Positions 9,219 through 17,589 of a DNA stretch of 32,000 nt are shown piece by piece. Location: positions 1-32,000 of the forward strand of contig NZ_PQWO01000007.1 in NCBI RefSeq assembly GCF_003231495.1, written 5' to 3'. The first letter of the stretch is position 1, and each line of letters starts with the position of its first letter. Source of the DNA: Acaryochloris thomasi RCC1774. Lineage in GTDB: Bacteria; Cyanobacteriota; Cyanobacteriia; Thermosynechococcales; Thermosynechococcaceae. A program made the translations under genes and the position numbers. The notes under the pieces are model-generated. The model did not search any database. It saw only the letters and a list, made by a program, of their open reading frames with translations, and was not told the DNA's origin.

Positions 9219-9808
9219 TCGCAGGCAAAGGAGGCGTTGGGGATGATTTCGGAGTAGGAGGTTGCGATCGCAGCCGCATCCATCGTATCAGTGTCATCGA
9301 TAGGCTCCTCGCCCTCTGCGTACACCGCATAGCTCACGCTCAAAACGTTAAAGGGCGCAGTTGTTGCGGGCGACATCACGCGCCGAAGAACATAGGGTCT
9401 TTGACCCATTGCACTCTCTCGATCTAAATCTTGTGGACTAACGCTATCGCCAGTTTCTGAGTCCCCTTCTTTGATCAAGATATCGTCTCGCAGTAGATCG
9501 GCATAGCCCGCTGCTGCATTGCCAGCCGAGCAGCGATTGCTGTGTTCTGTCTCTTGAGGCACCCCACTACTGATGTTTAAGCGACTAGCTTCAAATCGGA
9601 TATTCTCTGCATCTTGCTGCATCCAAGTTGTCGCCTCACTGAGCTCCTGACCTCGAACCTTAAACATTGCGGAAACCACAAATGCCTGTGTGGAAATACC
9701 CACAAAGGTCAGCGTCAGCAAGACCCCCACCAAAACTTCAACCAGAGTAAAACCCTGCTCCATTCGCTTTTTCTGTCTCAGGCTCAAGGCTAATATCAGC
9801 TTATCCAT
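9215..9808 (-). CDS. Prepilin-type pseudopilin, PilV/GspI-like ('V1'); paralog of 15703-16287
   Basis: MDKLILALSLRQKKRMEQG|FTLVEVLVGVLLTLTFVG carries the N-methylation motif with Glu5. The start was trimmed to the ATG at 9808 by analogy with the paralog's leader; the track ORF extends to 9901 and would overlap the upstream gene. The 3' end overlaps T1 by 4 nt. Confidence 0.8.
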   Translation of the reverse strand: MDKLILALSLRQKKRMEQGFTLVEVLVGVLLTLTFVGISTQAFVVSAMFKVRGQELSEATTWMQQDAENIRFEASRLNISSGVPQETEHSNRCSAGNAAAGYADLLRDDILIKEGDSETGDSVSPQDLDRESAMGQRPYVLRRVMSPATTAPFNVLSVSYAVYAEGEEPIDDTDTMDAAAIATSYSEIIPNASFACE

Positions 9809-9873
9809 AGGTGTTTTGTCGATAAATCTTACAAAGGAACTGCACGGATTATCTTCTACTTGAAGTAAAGAAA

Positions 9874-11133
9874 CTAAGGCACAGCCTGCTGAGTCTCCCA
9901 CTGAGAGATCGGTTCTAACTGGGGCGGCAGGACAGCTCCGACGGGAGGACCATTGTTGATAGGATTCACAACAACGCCATTAGTGTCACCATCCCAACTA
10001 TTGATCCAAAAAGCCCCCGTTATTTGGACTGCCGGAGTGCTGGGGTTGGCCGGAGTGCAGTCTCCCGCCGGTGTACCGCCAGAGATGAAATCAACATCAT
10101 AATTAGGGGCATGGAAATGCACGTTGCATAGCACCGAGCCTTCATCGAGCTGAATATCAGACGTGCCGGAGGCATAGATAGTAACTCTAAAGGGATCATT
10201 TGCACCGCAGGGGGTAATTCCATCTGTCTGAACGCATTTTATAGCTTGCCCCCTGAGGTCTATATCTCCGCTTGTCCACAGCTCGACGACAGAACCACTC
10301 CAGATTTCTAAAGAGCGATTGAGCGTAGCGGTCTGATATCGATAGACCGTATTAGCAGGCGGGTTCTCTGCCCCTAGCGGACCACTCGCTGGTACCGCCA
10401 GCGGAGAGGCAGGTAGAGGTTCTATTATGGGTATGCCCTGACCGGACAAAGATTGATCAATCCGAATTAAGTTAGCCGAGGGACCGATATTGAGAGGCGC
10501 TGAACTGCAGTTACCCACGACCGTTCCTTCGATGGCGGGGCTATCGGCAATGGAACCTCTAACCCACACAGTTGCAACTTGATTGACGGGCCGAATTGGG
10601 AGAACAACCTGCACCTGAGAGATTGACTCGCCGGGTTCTCCGGCATTGACGCGCCCCTGCACTGTTAATGTGCCGTTGCTACCAGGGGTTCCCGGAGTGT
10701 CATAGACATAATCAACAACACGAAACTCTCCGTTGAGGGGTTGTGCGCCGGACTCGCTGGGATCGACATTCGGCCAATCCGACCCAGTAGAGAGTAGAGC
10801 AGCCAGTTCAGCGGTATTGACATTCCCAGGGCAGATATTAATGCTACCGAGATTATTCCAGCTTGCAGACCCTCTGTCGGGATACATTGCCAACGTTCGA
10901 TGGCGGTTCAAAAAGGTCTGTACTTTGCTGACGCCGGATTCAGCGGCAGCAAGGCTTTTGGCGGTCGCTTTTTGAGCAGAGGCATTGACCTGATCGTTTT
11001 GAGATCGCACCACCATCGTCACCCCGAGCAACAGCATAATTAGCCCGACGCCAATAGCAACAGGTAAAGCAAAACCATCGTTATCAGGGAACGGGTTCCT
11101 ATGCTCAGTCATAGAATTGTTCCTAGTAAACAT
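9874..11133 (-). CDS. Large pilin-like protein lacking Glu5, PilX/GspK-like or HpsA-like ('X1'); paralog of 16336-17589
   Basis: DNDG|FALPVAIGVGLIMLLLGVTMVVRSQNDQV is a pilin-type hydrophobic N-terminus without Glu5, followed by a ~380-aa Gly/Thr/Asn-rich domain. It shares blocks with X2 (AAESGV..V..FLNR.R, SGSDWP.VDP, GEFR, FHAP.Y.V.F, G.FW.N.W). An alternative start is the ATG at 11112, preceded by aggaa. Confidence 0.75.
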   Translation of the reverse strand: MFTRNNSMTEHRNPFPDNDGFALPVAIGVGLIMLLLGVTMVVRSQNDQVNASAQKATAKSLAAAESGVSKVQTFLNRHRTLAMYPDRGSASWNNLGSINICPGNVNTAELAALLSTGSDWPNVDPSESGAQPLNGEFRVVDYVYDTPGTPGSNGTLTVQGRVNAGEPGESISQVQVVLPIRPVNQVATVWVRGSIADSPAIEGTVVGNCSSAPLNIGPSANLIRIDQSLSGQGIPIIEPLPASPLAVPASGPLGAENPPANTVYRYQTATLNRSLEIWSGSVVELWTSGDIDLRGQAIKCVQTDGITPCGANDPFRVTIYASGTSDIQLDEGSVLCNVHFHAPNYDVDFISGGTPAGDCTPANPSTPAVQITGAFWINSWDGDTNGVVVNPINNGPPVGAVLPPQLEPISQWETQQAVP

Positions 11134-11266
11134 ATATCAACACTGGCGTCTGTCTTTTTTAACCCCTTTTAGACAGGTTCCTCTGGACGGTGAATACTGT
11201 CCAGAGGAATGCTAGCTTGTATATATTCTAAGCTTTTGTGTTGAAAACGTTGCAATGACGTAGGGA

Positions 11267-12532
11267 TCAGTTCACTGTAGGAGTGATAGTGGCCCTAACG
11301 ACTAGATCTTGCATGTCGAAGGCTGAGCTGCTGGTATCCGTTTCACCTAACTCGTAGATAAAGACAACCTCGTTACCGGCTAAGCTAACTTTGCCGTTGG
11401 CATCAGTAATGCTATCGAGATAGCTATCTAAGCTAGTTTGGTTGTCGAACGGGACGTAGTTAGGAACGGTGTCTCCATTCTGCAATGCAATTACTTGAGG
11501 TGAGCTAGAAGCAGAGTTAGCTTCGGTATAACTACCGTTGCAAGTCCCACTGCTAATATCCCCTTCTGAAATTCCGGTGATGTCAAGAGTCGTTCCTGCA
11601 GGAGCGTTGTCCCAGTTATGTACTGCAGCGGCCGAGGAAACTGTCTGAGTTGAGGTTGTGTTGCCAACAGTAAAATTTAAATCTGCACGAGTTGGAATAT
11701 TAGCTCCGCCAGCGCCACAGGTAATGGCTCCACCCACGATTTCAATACGCATCGTGGAGTTTACGCCCGTTTTGATCGTGCCGTTGTTTTCCGTAAAAGT
11801 TGCACCAGATTGAGGAGTATAGGCTACAGGTGTTATTTGTTTTGCCCGCACTGCCATTTGAGAGTTCGTGGCATAGGTATCGGTCTGTTCTAAGACTTTG
11901 TTGATTCTGCCTGTTTGCTGTACTTGAGCAATCTTGCCGGTCGGATCAACACAAACATAAAATCCTGCTGCACCATTACCATTCCAGCCAGTGGGACAGG
12001 TTGGAGTGGTGCCATTGACTTCAATTTTGTCAATCAGAGGCTGATGGGACCAACTACCAGGATTAGCTGCATTGGTATAAGCGCCTGCATCATTCAAATC
12101 AGGTCCCCAACGATAAATAACCTTAGGTCCTTTCCATGTGTCATCAGCTGGATCAGCTAGGTAATAAATAACGGGTTCAGTGGCTTCAGCCATCTGCAAC
12201 ATGAGTACCCGCTGCACATTGGCCACGCCTATTGTGGTTTCAGGGGTAAATTCTGCAGGCACATTGGAGATAGCTGAAACATCTTGGATGATGGACTGTG
12301 AGGCACGTGTTTCGTCTTCAAAAAAAGCCAAGGCTCGATCTAGCTCTACTCGTCGTTCGCTTTTGGCGTTGGCGGTAGTGCTGACATCAATCATTCTGGC
12401 TACACCGTAGCCGCCTGTTGCAACCATCATGAGGGTGACTGCACTGCCCAACAGCAAGCTAGGTAAAGAAAACCCTTTCTCGGAGTGACCAAGGGTATGC
12501 GTTTTGATCTGTTTTAAAATTTGTAGTGACAT
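11267..12532 (-). CDS. Large pilin-like protein, PilW/GspJ-like position ('W1'); paralog of 13121-14680
   Basis: 20-aa leader MSLQILKQIKTHTLGHSEKG followed by FSLPSLLLGSAVTLMMVATGGYG. Conserved blocks shared with W2: ERRVELDRA / ERRAELNRS, GP.V.YR.GP, SW.HQPLIDKI, CPTGW, and the C-terminal F.(M/L)QD.V..(A/I)..TP. Confidence 0.75.
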   Translation of the reverse strand: MSLQILKQIKTHTLGHSEKGFSLPSLLLGSAVTLMMVATGGYGVARMIDVSTTANAKSERRVELDRALAFFEDETRASQSIIQDVSAISNVPAEFTPETTIGVANVQRVLMLQMAEATEPVIYYLADPADDTWKGPKVIYRWGPDLNDAGAYTNAANPGSWSHQPLIDKIEVNGTTPTCPTGWNGNGAAGFYVCVDPTGKIAQVQQTGRINKVLEQTDTYATNSQMAVRAKQITPVAYTPQSGATFTENNGTIKTGVNSTMRIEIVGGAITCGAGGANIPTRADLNFTVGNTTSTQTVSSAAAVHNWDNAPAGTTLDITGISEGDISSGTCNGSYTEANSASSSPQVIALQNGDTVPNYVPFDNQTSLDSYLDSITDANGKVSLAGNEVVFIYELGETDTSSSAFDMQDLVVRATITPTVN

Positions 12533-12976
12533 GAAACTTCGATTTCCTGATTATCTGTAGCGCATAGAGCCTTATGGCTAATGCGGACAATCAGACTGGT
12601 TAAAGATTTGAAAAATCTTTCAAACCATAACCCCCCCCGAAGTCTTGACTGGTGTATGCGCGCTCTCAACAAAGGCCAAACAACTACGGTCAAAATACTG
12701 ACCATATACTTATTATGGCGGGAGATTTTTTAATTGCCTTCCGTACAAATACTGAGGTGCAGACTTTTGGCATGTGCTAAACAGGTCAATCTCGCTTCTA
12801 AAGAAGGATGTTTTTAATCACAAGGCCGATTGCCTAATTGACATAGAGATTCTATCCGGGCTGTATTGATATAGATTTGAATAGCGTCAGCTCACTTTTA
12901 GCCGCTTGCATGCTTTTGAATAATAAAGCTACATCAATTATCGAGTTCTGAGATCAAGCTTTTGTTTATTTGCTAT

Positions 12977-13029
12977 AAAAAAGCTCTCAAAGCCAGAAGG
13001 AAACTAAGATCCAACTGGCTTGAAGAGAG
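12977..13029 (-). terminator. Rho-independent terminator downstream of W2, separating the two pseudopilin modules
   Basis: On the minus strand, CTCTCTTCAAGCCAG...CTGGCTTTGAGAG forms 7+5 bp with a small internal loop, followed by CTTTTTTAT (A-run 12977-12982 on the plus strand). It lies about 90 nt after the W2 stop. Confidence 0.6.
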
Positions 13030-13120
13030 CTAATATAAGGTCTTACAGGTACTAAGGAAAAGGAGAAAACCCTTTTCTAGGATCAAGATCTGTCGGAAGA
13101 AATGTTAGCCTTCCGATTGA

Positions 13121-14680
13121 TTATCTTCGACCACTTCGACCACTTCGACCACTTCGACCACTTCGACCACCTCGACCACTACCCTCATCATTGCTGACTT
13201 GGTTATTATTGGAGTTGCCAGGATCACATCCCTCTGACCCATTGCCGCGTCCCTGATTACAGCTGCTGCCACCGCCATTATCACTATTGCTATCGCTATT
13301 GTTTGCTGCGGTAGTAGTGTCACTGCCTCTTCTACTGCTGCCGCCACGGTCATTGCCACCGCTATTGTTAGCTGCAGGAGTGGTTGTTTCTGTGGTAGTT
13401 GTTTCCGTCGCAGTTGTCGTTGTTGTATCAGGGGTCAAGTTGATATAAAGAACTGCATCTTGAAGGTCGTAGGTTGACCCAGAGTTGTAGTAGTATAGCT
13501 CGAACAACATCAAGGAATCATAGCCGGGGTTCGGTAGCGTTGCTACTCTGTCGCTGTCGATATAACTGTTCAAGAATGAATCTAACGAAGTTCCACCACC
13601 CCATGCAGCCTCAGCTTCAGGAATTGTTTCTCCGTTTAGAACAGTCTTCACAAAGTCTGAATGGCTCGGATTCCCAGAATTTTTTGAGGTGTAGATTGAC
13701 TCAGCTTCGATGTAGATTTCTGTACCTTTTGCCAAATTAGCAATCTGGACTTGGCCATTTGTATTATTACGGTAAAACTGCTCTTGTCTCCAGCCACTAC
13801 CAGGCTCTTTGTAATGGACAGTCTGCAGAGTATCGATAATACAGCTGCTAGAACCACAGGAGCGGATATCTCCGCCTAAGAAGGAGACGGTAATGGTTCC
13901 TGGCGTCTCTAAGGTAAGGGTGCCGCTATCTTGTGTGAGGCCGCCTGTGGGTGCCGAGATCCCGCCTGGGGGAGTATAGGCTACAGTCGTAACTTCTGAG
14001 GATCGAGTTGTCGCGGCAGTCTGAGTTTCATAGGTGTCAGAGTTTTTGCCATGCTCTAGCTCACCCGTGTGGAAGACCTGTGCTTGGCTCCCGTCGTCAG
14101 AAACGCAGGCTCGGAAACCTGTATTGTTGTTAGCTGTCCAGCCTGTAGGACAAGCAAAGCCAGCAACCGCATTGGCATCAATTTTGTCGATTAGAGGTTG
14201 GTGAACCCAAGAGCTAGATGTGTCGGCCACGCCAGTTGCGTTATCAATCGGTGGCCCAAAGCGATAAACGACCTGAGGACCGCGCCAAGTATTGCCGGTA
14301 GGGGCTGCTGTGTAATAGACGACATCTTGTTGTCCATTGTTTTGCAAGACAAGGACTGGAGTGATGGTGCTTGTATCAATACCGCTGGGATAGGTTGTAA
14401 AATCAGCCGGCAAGGTAGCTGTTGCGGCATTGGCGACAATGGCGTCAGCCTGATTCACTTCGTTAGTAATAAAGTCAACGGAGCGGTTGAGTTCTGCGCG
14501 ACGCTCTGCTTGTTCTTCAACCGTCTGGCTGTTTCCAACCATTGCAGAGACGCCTGCTCCCCCAGCAGCAACCATGGCTAGGGTTGCAACGCCTGCGATC
14601 ATTAGATCAGGCAGTGTAGCTCCTAGTTCTGAATTGCCATTGGTGAGCTTTCGTAGCTGTCTAGTAAATTTAGTGTACAT
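13121..14680 (-). CDS. Large pilin-like protein ('W2') with a Thr-rich then Asn/Ser/Gly/Arg-rich low-complexity C-terminal tail ending in (SGR)n
   Basis: Leader MYTKFTRQLRKLTNGNSELG followed by ATLPDLMIAGVATLAMVAAGGAG. The start was trimmed to the ATG at 14680 because the leader length then equals W1's; the track ORF runs to 14794. The tail reads ...TTTTATETTTTETTTPAANNSGGNDRGG...GSGRGGRSGRSGRSGRSGRR. Confidence 0.75.
   Translation of the reverse strand: MYTKFTRQLRKLTNGNSELGATLPDLMIAGVATLAMVAAGGAGVSAMVGNSQTVEEQAERRAELNRSVDFITNEVNQADAIVANAATATLPADFTTYPSGIDTSTITPVLVLQNNGQQDVVYYTAAPTGNTWRGPQVVYRFGPPIDNATGVADTSSSWVHQPLIDKIDANAVAGFACPTGWTANNNTGFRACVSDDGSQAQVFHTGELEHGKNSDTYETQTAATTRSSEVTTVAYTPPGGISAPTGGLTQDSGTLTLETPGTITVSFLGGDIRSCGSSSCIIDTLQTVHYKEPGSGWRQEQFYRNNTNGQVQIANLAKGTEIYIEAESIYTSKNSGNPSHSDFVKTVLNGETIPEAEAAWGGGTSLDSFLNSYIDSDRVATLPNPGYDSLMLFELYYYNSGSTYDLQDAVLYINLTPDTTTTTATETTTTETTTPAANNSGGNDRGGSSRRGSDTTTAANNSDSNSDNGGGSSCNQGRGNGSEGCDPGNSNNNQVSNDEGSGRGGRSGRSGRSGRSGRR
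13125..13178. repeat. 9-bp tandem repeat (cttcgacca x5 plus one variant cctcgacca), in frame, encoding the (G-R-S)n C-terminus of W2
   Basis: Direct reading shows units at 13125, 13134, 13143, 13152 and 13161 (identical) and at 13170 (1 mismatch). Confidence 0.95.
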
Positions 14681-14951
14681 GTTAGTTGTGATCCCCTCGT
14701 AACCTAAGAAATATATCGATGGCTTTGCCAAAAGGCAGTACTTGCTTCTGCTGCTAAAGTAAGTTGCTAGAGCGATCAGAAGCTGGGTAGACAATCATGA
14801 TCAACAGCGATTGTCTGAGCATTTGGTTGACCATTTCTATACGGCAAAGGCTATCAATTTTACTATTACTATTCTTAGAGAAAAATACAGGGGAAGCCTG
14901 CGTAATATTACGGATATTCAAAAGTACGAACACAAGCTGTTTTCGTGACAG

Positions 14952-14981
14952 AGGCTCTAGGGACTGTTTTCCCTAGAGCCT
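14952..14981. promoter_or_regulatory. Perfect 12-bp stem-loop in the T2-W2 intergenic region (terminator, processing or stability element)
   Basis: aggctctaggga (14952-14963), loop ctgttt, tccctagagcct (14970-14981). There is no flanking U-run on either strand. It lies about 45 nt downstream of the T2 stop. Confidence 0.5.
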
Positions 14982-15027
14982 TAGTGATACTGGATGCTTA
15001 AGTGCTGGTTTCGATTATCCTGTTAGA

Positions 15028-15594
15028 TTAATCGGTGATGCAGTTCCCCTCAACTGGGTTGGCTGGTGGGGGATTGGCGCCGGAGTATTCTCCAGTTCTC
15101 AAAAGGCCCAAGCCGCTAGAAATGACCAAGCATCGCATATCGCCAGAACCGTCAGCTTGGTAAACTACGGCAACTTTGTTAGAAGTGGTTGTCCCTTTTG
15201 GTGAAAACACAATGTCATTGCCAGGATTAGATAATTCGACTAGGGCACCAGTGTCATTGCCGGTCTTGCCGTTCGTTCCATCTAGTATACGAACACCTAG
15301 CTTGGATAAATCTCTCGATCCTGTTGTTAGACAGTTGCTTGGATTTGCCGTAACGCTTGCACCAATTGATATCGTGCATTGCTGACTTTGCTTGATGGCC
15401 TCTGACTGACCTTCTTTTACTGCGCCTTCCAATAGGGCTAGTGCGTCATCTACTCGTTTGCTATTCACCCAAGATAAGAAGCTAGGAGCTGCGATCGCAG
15501 CCAAAATGCCAATGATTGCAATCGTGACTAATGTTTCAATTAGGGTAAAGCCTTCATCTTTAACTTTGAGGTGTCGCGGTCTAACAAATAGCAT
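15028..15594 (-). CDS. Prepilin-type pseudopilin, GspH/FimT-like ('T2')
   Basis: MLFVRPRHLKVKDEG|FTLIETLVTIAIIGILAAIAAPSF is a canonical N-methylation motif with Glu5. WVNSKRVDDALALLEGAVKEGQSEAIKQSQ is shared with T1. Confidence 0.88.
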   Translation of the reverse strand: MLFVRPRHLKVKDEGFTLIETLVTIAIIGILAAIAAPSFLSWVNSKRVDDALALLEGAVKEGQSEAIKQSQQCTISIGASVTANPSNCLTTGSRDLSKLGVRILDGTNGKTGNDTGALVELSNPGNDIVFSPKGTTTSNKVAVVYQADGSGDMRCLVISSGLGLLRTGEYSGANPPPANPVEGNCITD

Positions 15595-15702
15595 TTAAAC
15601 TTTCTCCAGTGAGGCAGTAAGAATAGATTGACGATGGGTTATTCACCTATTTCTAGAATGCCCAAGGACCTACCGAGACTAACTTGAACTCCTCGAAAAT
15701 CA

Positions 15703-16287
15703 TTAGCTCGGTTGTGCGGGACAGACCAGCGAGGCATCAGGTAAGAGCTCACTATAGAATGTCGCAACGACACTGTTATCTGCCTGATCAGTAACGGTAT
15801 AGGTGACTGCTAGCCTGTTGTAGGGAGACGTATTCACGTTCGTAAATGCGCGGGCTAAGGTGTAGGGCCGTGAGCCAATCTCACTGTTCATGGTCATTGA
15901 GTTTGCGTTGCCACCGCTTAAGGGGGCATTGGTGACAATGTCATTGTTCAATCTGGCACCATACCCTTCTGTGCTATTGGACCCACCGTCGTCTGCTGAG
16001 TCTCCAAGGCAAGCCAAAAGAAATGGATTATATTCAGTTCCTCCCAAATCAAGCTGGGTTGCACGAACCTTTAAGCTTTCTAAGTCAGCGTTAATCCACT
16101 TATCTGCTTCACTGATCTCCTGGGCACGAACTTTAAGAGCAGTGGCAGCTACAAAAGCCTGCATTGATACAGCGGCAAAAATCAAGACCAGTAAGATACC
16201 AACCAAAACTTCCACTAAGGTAAAACCTTCGTTGGGCTGCTGCCGCTTCAAAAGCAGGGCCTGAATATTGGATCGCTGAACAGGCAT
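15703..16287 (-). CDS. Prepilin-type pseudopilin, PilV/GspI-like ('V2')
   Basis: ...LLLKRQQPNEG|FTLVEVLVGILLVLIFAAVSMQAF. QAFVAATALKVRAQEISEADKW parallels V1's QAFVVSAMFKVRGQELSEATTW. Confidence 0.85.
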   Translation of the reverse strand: MPVQRSNIQALLLKRQQPNEGFTLVEVLVGILLVLIFAAVSMQAFVAATALKVRAQEISEADKWINADLESLKVRATQLDLGGTEYNPFLLACLGDSADDGGSNSTEGYGARLNNDIVTNAPLSGGNANSMTMNSEIGSRPYTLARAFTNVNTSPYNRLAVTYTVTDQADNSVVATFYSELLPDASLVCPAQPS

Positions 16288-16335
16288 AATGGCTATCTTC
16301 CTTTTGTTCGTAATTTTTTAGTTGTTTGTACTTGA

Positions 16336-17589
16336 TTACTGGGCTTGCTCTGTTTGCCAGTCTGCGATGGGTGCCATTTGTGGCAAAGGTTGTGTTGGCG
16401 CTGCCTGCCAGCTTGCTCTGGGAGCATCAAGCACAACTGCGCTCGATGTATTGTCTGTCCAATTGTTCACCCAAAAGACTCCTGTGTTTCGGGTCCCAGC
16501 GCCACAGTCAACAGGTGTGCCCCCTGTCGTATTGTTGAACGTGACATTATAGGTCGGGGCATGGAAGAAGATGTCGCAAATGCTTGTGCCCCTATCGAGG
16601 GTAATAGTAGGTGTCCCTGTCGAAGTAGAGCCGACTCCGTAAATCGTGGCGTTGAAAGGACCACAGCTTGCGCTGGCACCACAGTAATGAACGGCTGATA
16701 ATGCGCTGAGATCGATGTCACCTGTGACCCATATTTCTACGGAGCTACCCTCAGATATTTCAAAGCTGCCGTCTAGTGTGGGCACAACATATTGGTAGGT
16801 GTCGCTACCATCAATAACCCCGCTGCTATCAATGTTGCCTGGCTCTGGCAGTGTTATATCTGTAATGCTTGTTAATGTATTAACGTTGCTACCCGGTTGG
16901 CTAGGAATGCCAGGCATTGTGAGATTTGTTCTTAGGAGGTCGTTGCTAGCCTGAAGACTGACACTGGGGCTAGATCCGCAGGGTGCGATGACGTCTGCAT
17001 CAATGACAGAGTTGCCTGCAATTGTCCCCCCTACCCACAATCCCGCTGTTTGTTTTCTAACGGGGTTAATGGGAATCTCGACTTGAATTTGAGAAATAGC
17101 GTCACCTGCATTAATGCGCCCTTGCACCTCTAGAGTGCCTGTACCCAAGGGAGCATTCGGGGTGCCGCTAGTGTCGGCAGCATAGGTGTAGCTGAGTAAA
17201 CGGAATTCACCTCTGCTCGCATCAGTAGGGTCAACGTCAGGCCAATCACTGCCGCTGGGCTGTAGTTCTCCTAAGTCACTACTAACACTGTTTGCGTTGC
17301 AGCTTTCCAACACATTAGTGACGGAACCATTCCAGCTTCCGGATGGGAGCACTGCTAGAGCGCGATATCGGTTAAGAAAAGCGCGGACTCGATTGACCCC
17401 AGATTCAGCTGCAGATACGCTTTCAGAGGCATCAGCTTGATTAAGAGCACTGACCTGATCGTCTTGAGATCGCAAAACTAAGGTTATGCCTAGCAATAGC
17501 ATGACAAGTCCCATACCTATAGCAACTGGCAGGGCAAAGCCCGCTTCTTTGTTGTCTTGCTTGGGTATTAACCACTTTGTGTATCTCAT
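16336..17589 (-). CDS. Large pilin-like protein lacking Glu5, PilX/GspK-like or HpsA-like ('X2')
   Basis: ...KQDNKEAG|FALPVAIGMGLVMLLLGITLVLRSQDDQV. It is collinear with X1 over its full length (417 vs 419 aa). Confidence 0.78.
   Translation of the reverse strand: MRYTKWLIPKQDNKEAGFALPVAIGMGLVMLLLGITLVLRSQDDQVSALNQADASESVSAAESGVNRVRAFLNRYRALAVLPSGSWNGSVTNVLESCNANSVSSDLGELQPSGSDWPDVDPTDASRGEFRLLSYTYAADTSGTPNAPLGTGTLEVQGRINAGDAISQIQVEIPINPVRKQTAGLWVGGTIAGNSVIDADVIAPCGSSPSVSLQASNDLLRTNLTMPGIPSQPGSNVNTLTSITDITLPEPGNIDSSGVIDGSDTYQYVVPTLDGSFEISEGSSVEIWVTGDIDLSALSAVHYCGASASCGPFNATIYGVGSTSTGTPTITLDRGTSICDIFFHAPTYNVTFNNTTGGTPVDCGAGTRNTGVFWVNNWTDNTSSAVVLDAPRASWQAAPTQPLPQMAPIADWQTEQAQ

Noticed and set aside
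13105-13359. An 84-aa minus-strand ORF ending in VVEVVEVVEVVEVVEVVE
   Set aside because: It is simply an alternative reading frame of the 9-bp tandem repeat inside the W2 tail. It is nested in a longer ORF with paralog support and has no independent start context.
16322-16721. Several 70-117-aa ORFs on both strands overlapping the 3' part of X2, with similar shadows over W1, W2, rqcH and the caspase gene
   Set aside because: They are nested in, or antisense to, much longer ORFs that have clear family or paralog support. These are typical shadow ORFs of GC-balanced coding DNA.
8634-17589. Whether the pilin-like block is a type II secretion or competence-pilus operon, or part of a mobile or defence island
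   Set aside because: No ATPase, platform, secretin, prepilin peptidase, integrase, transposase or nuclease genes are present in or beside the block. It is therefore described only as stand-alone pseudopilin modules.
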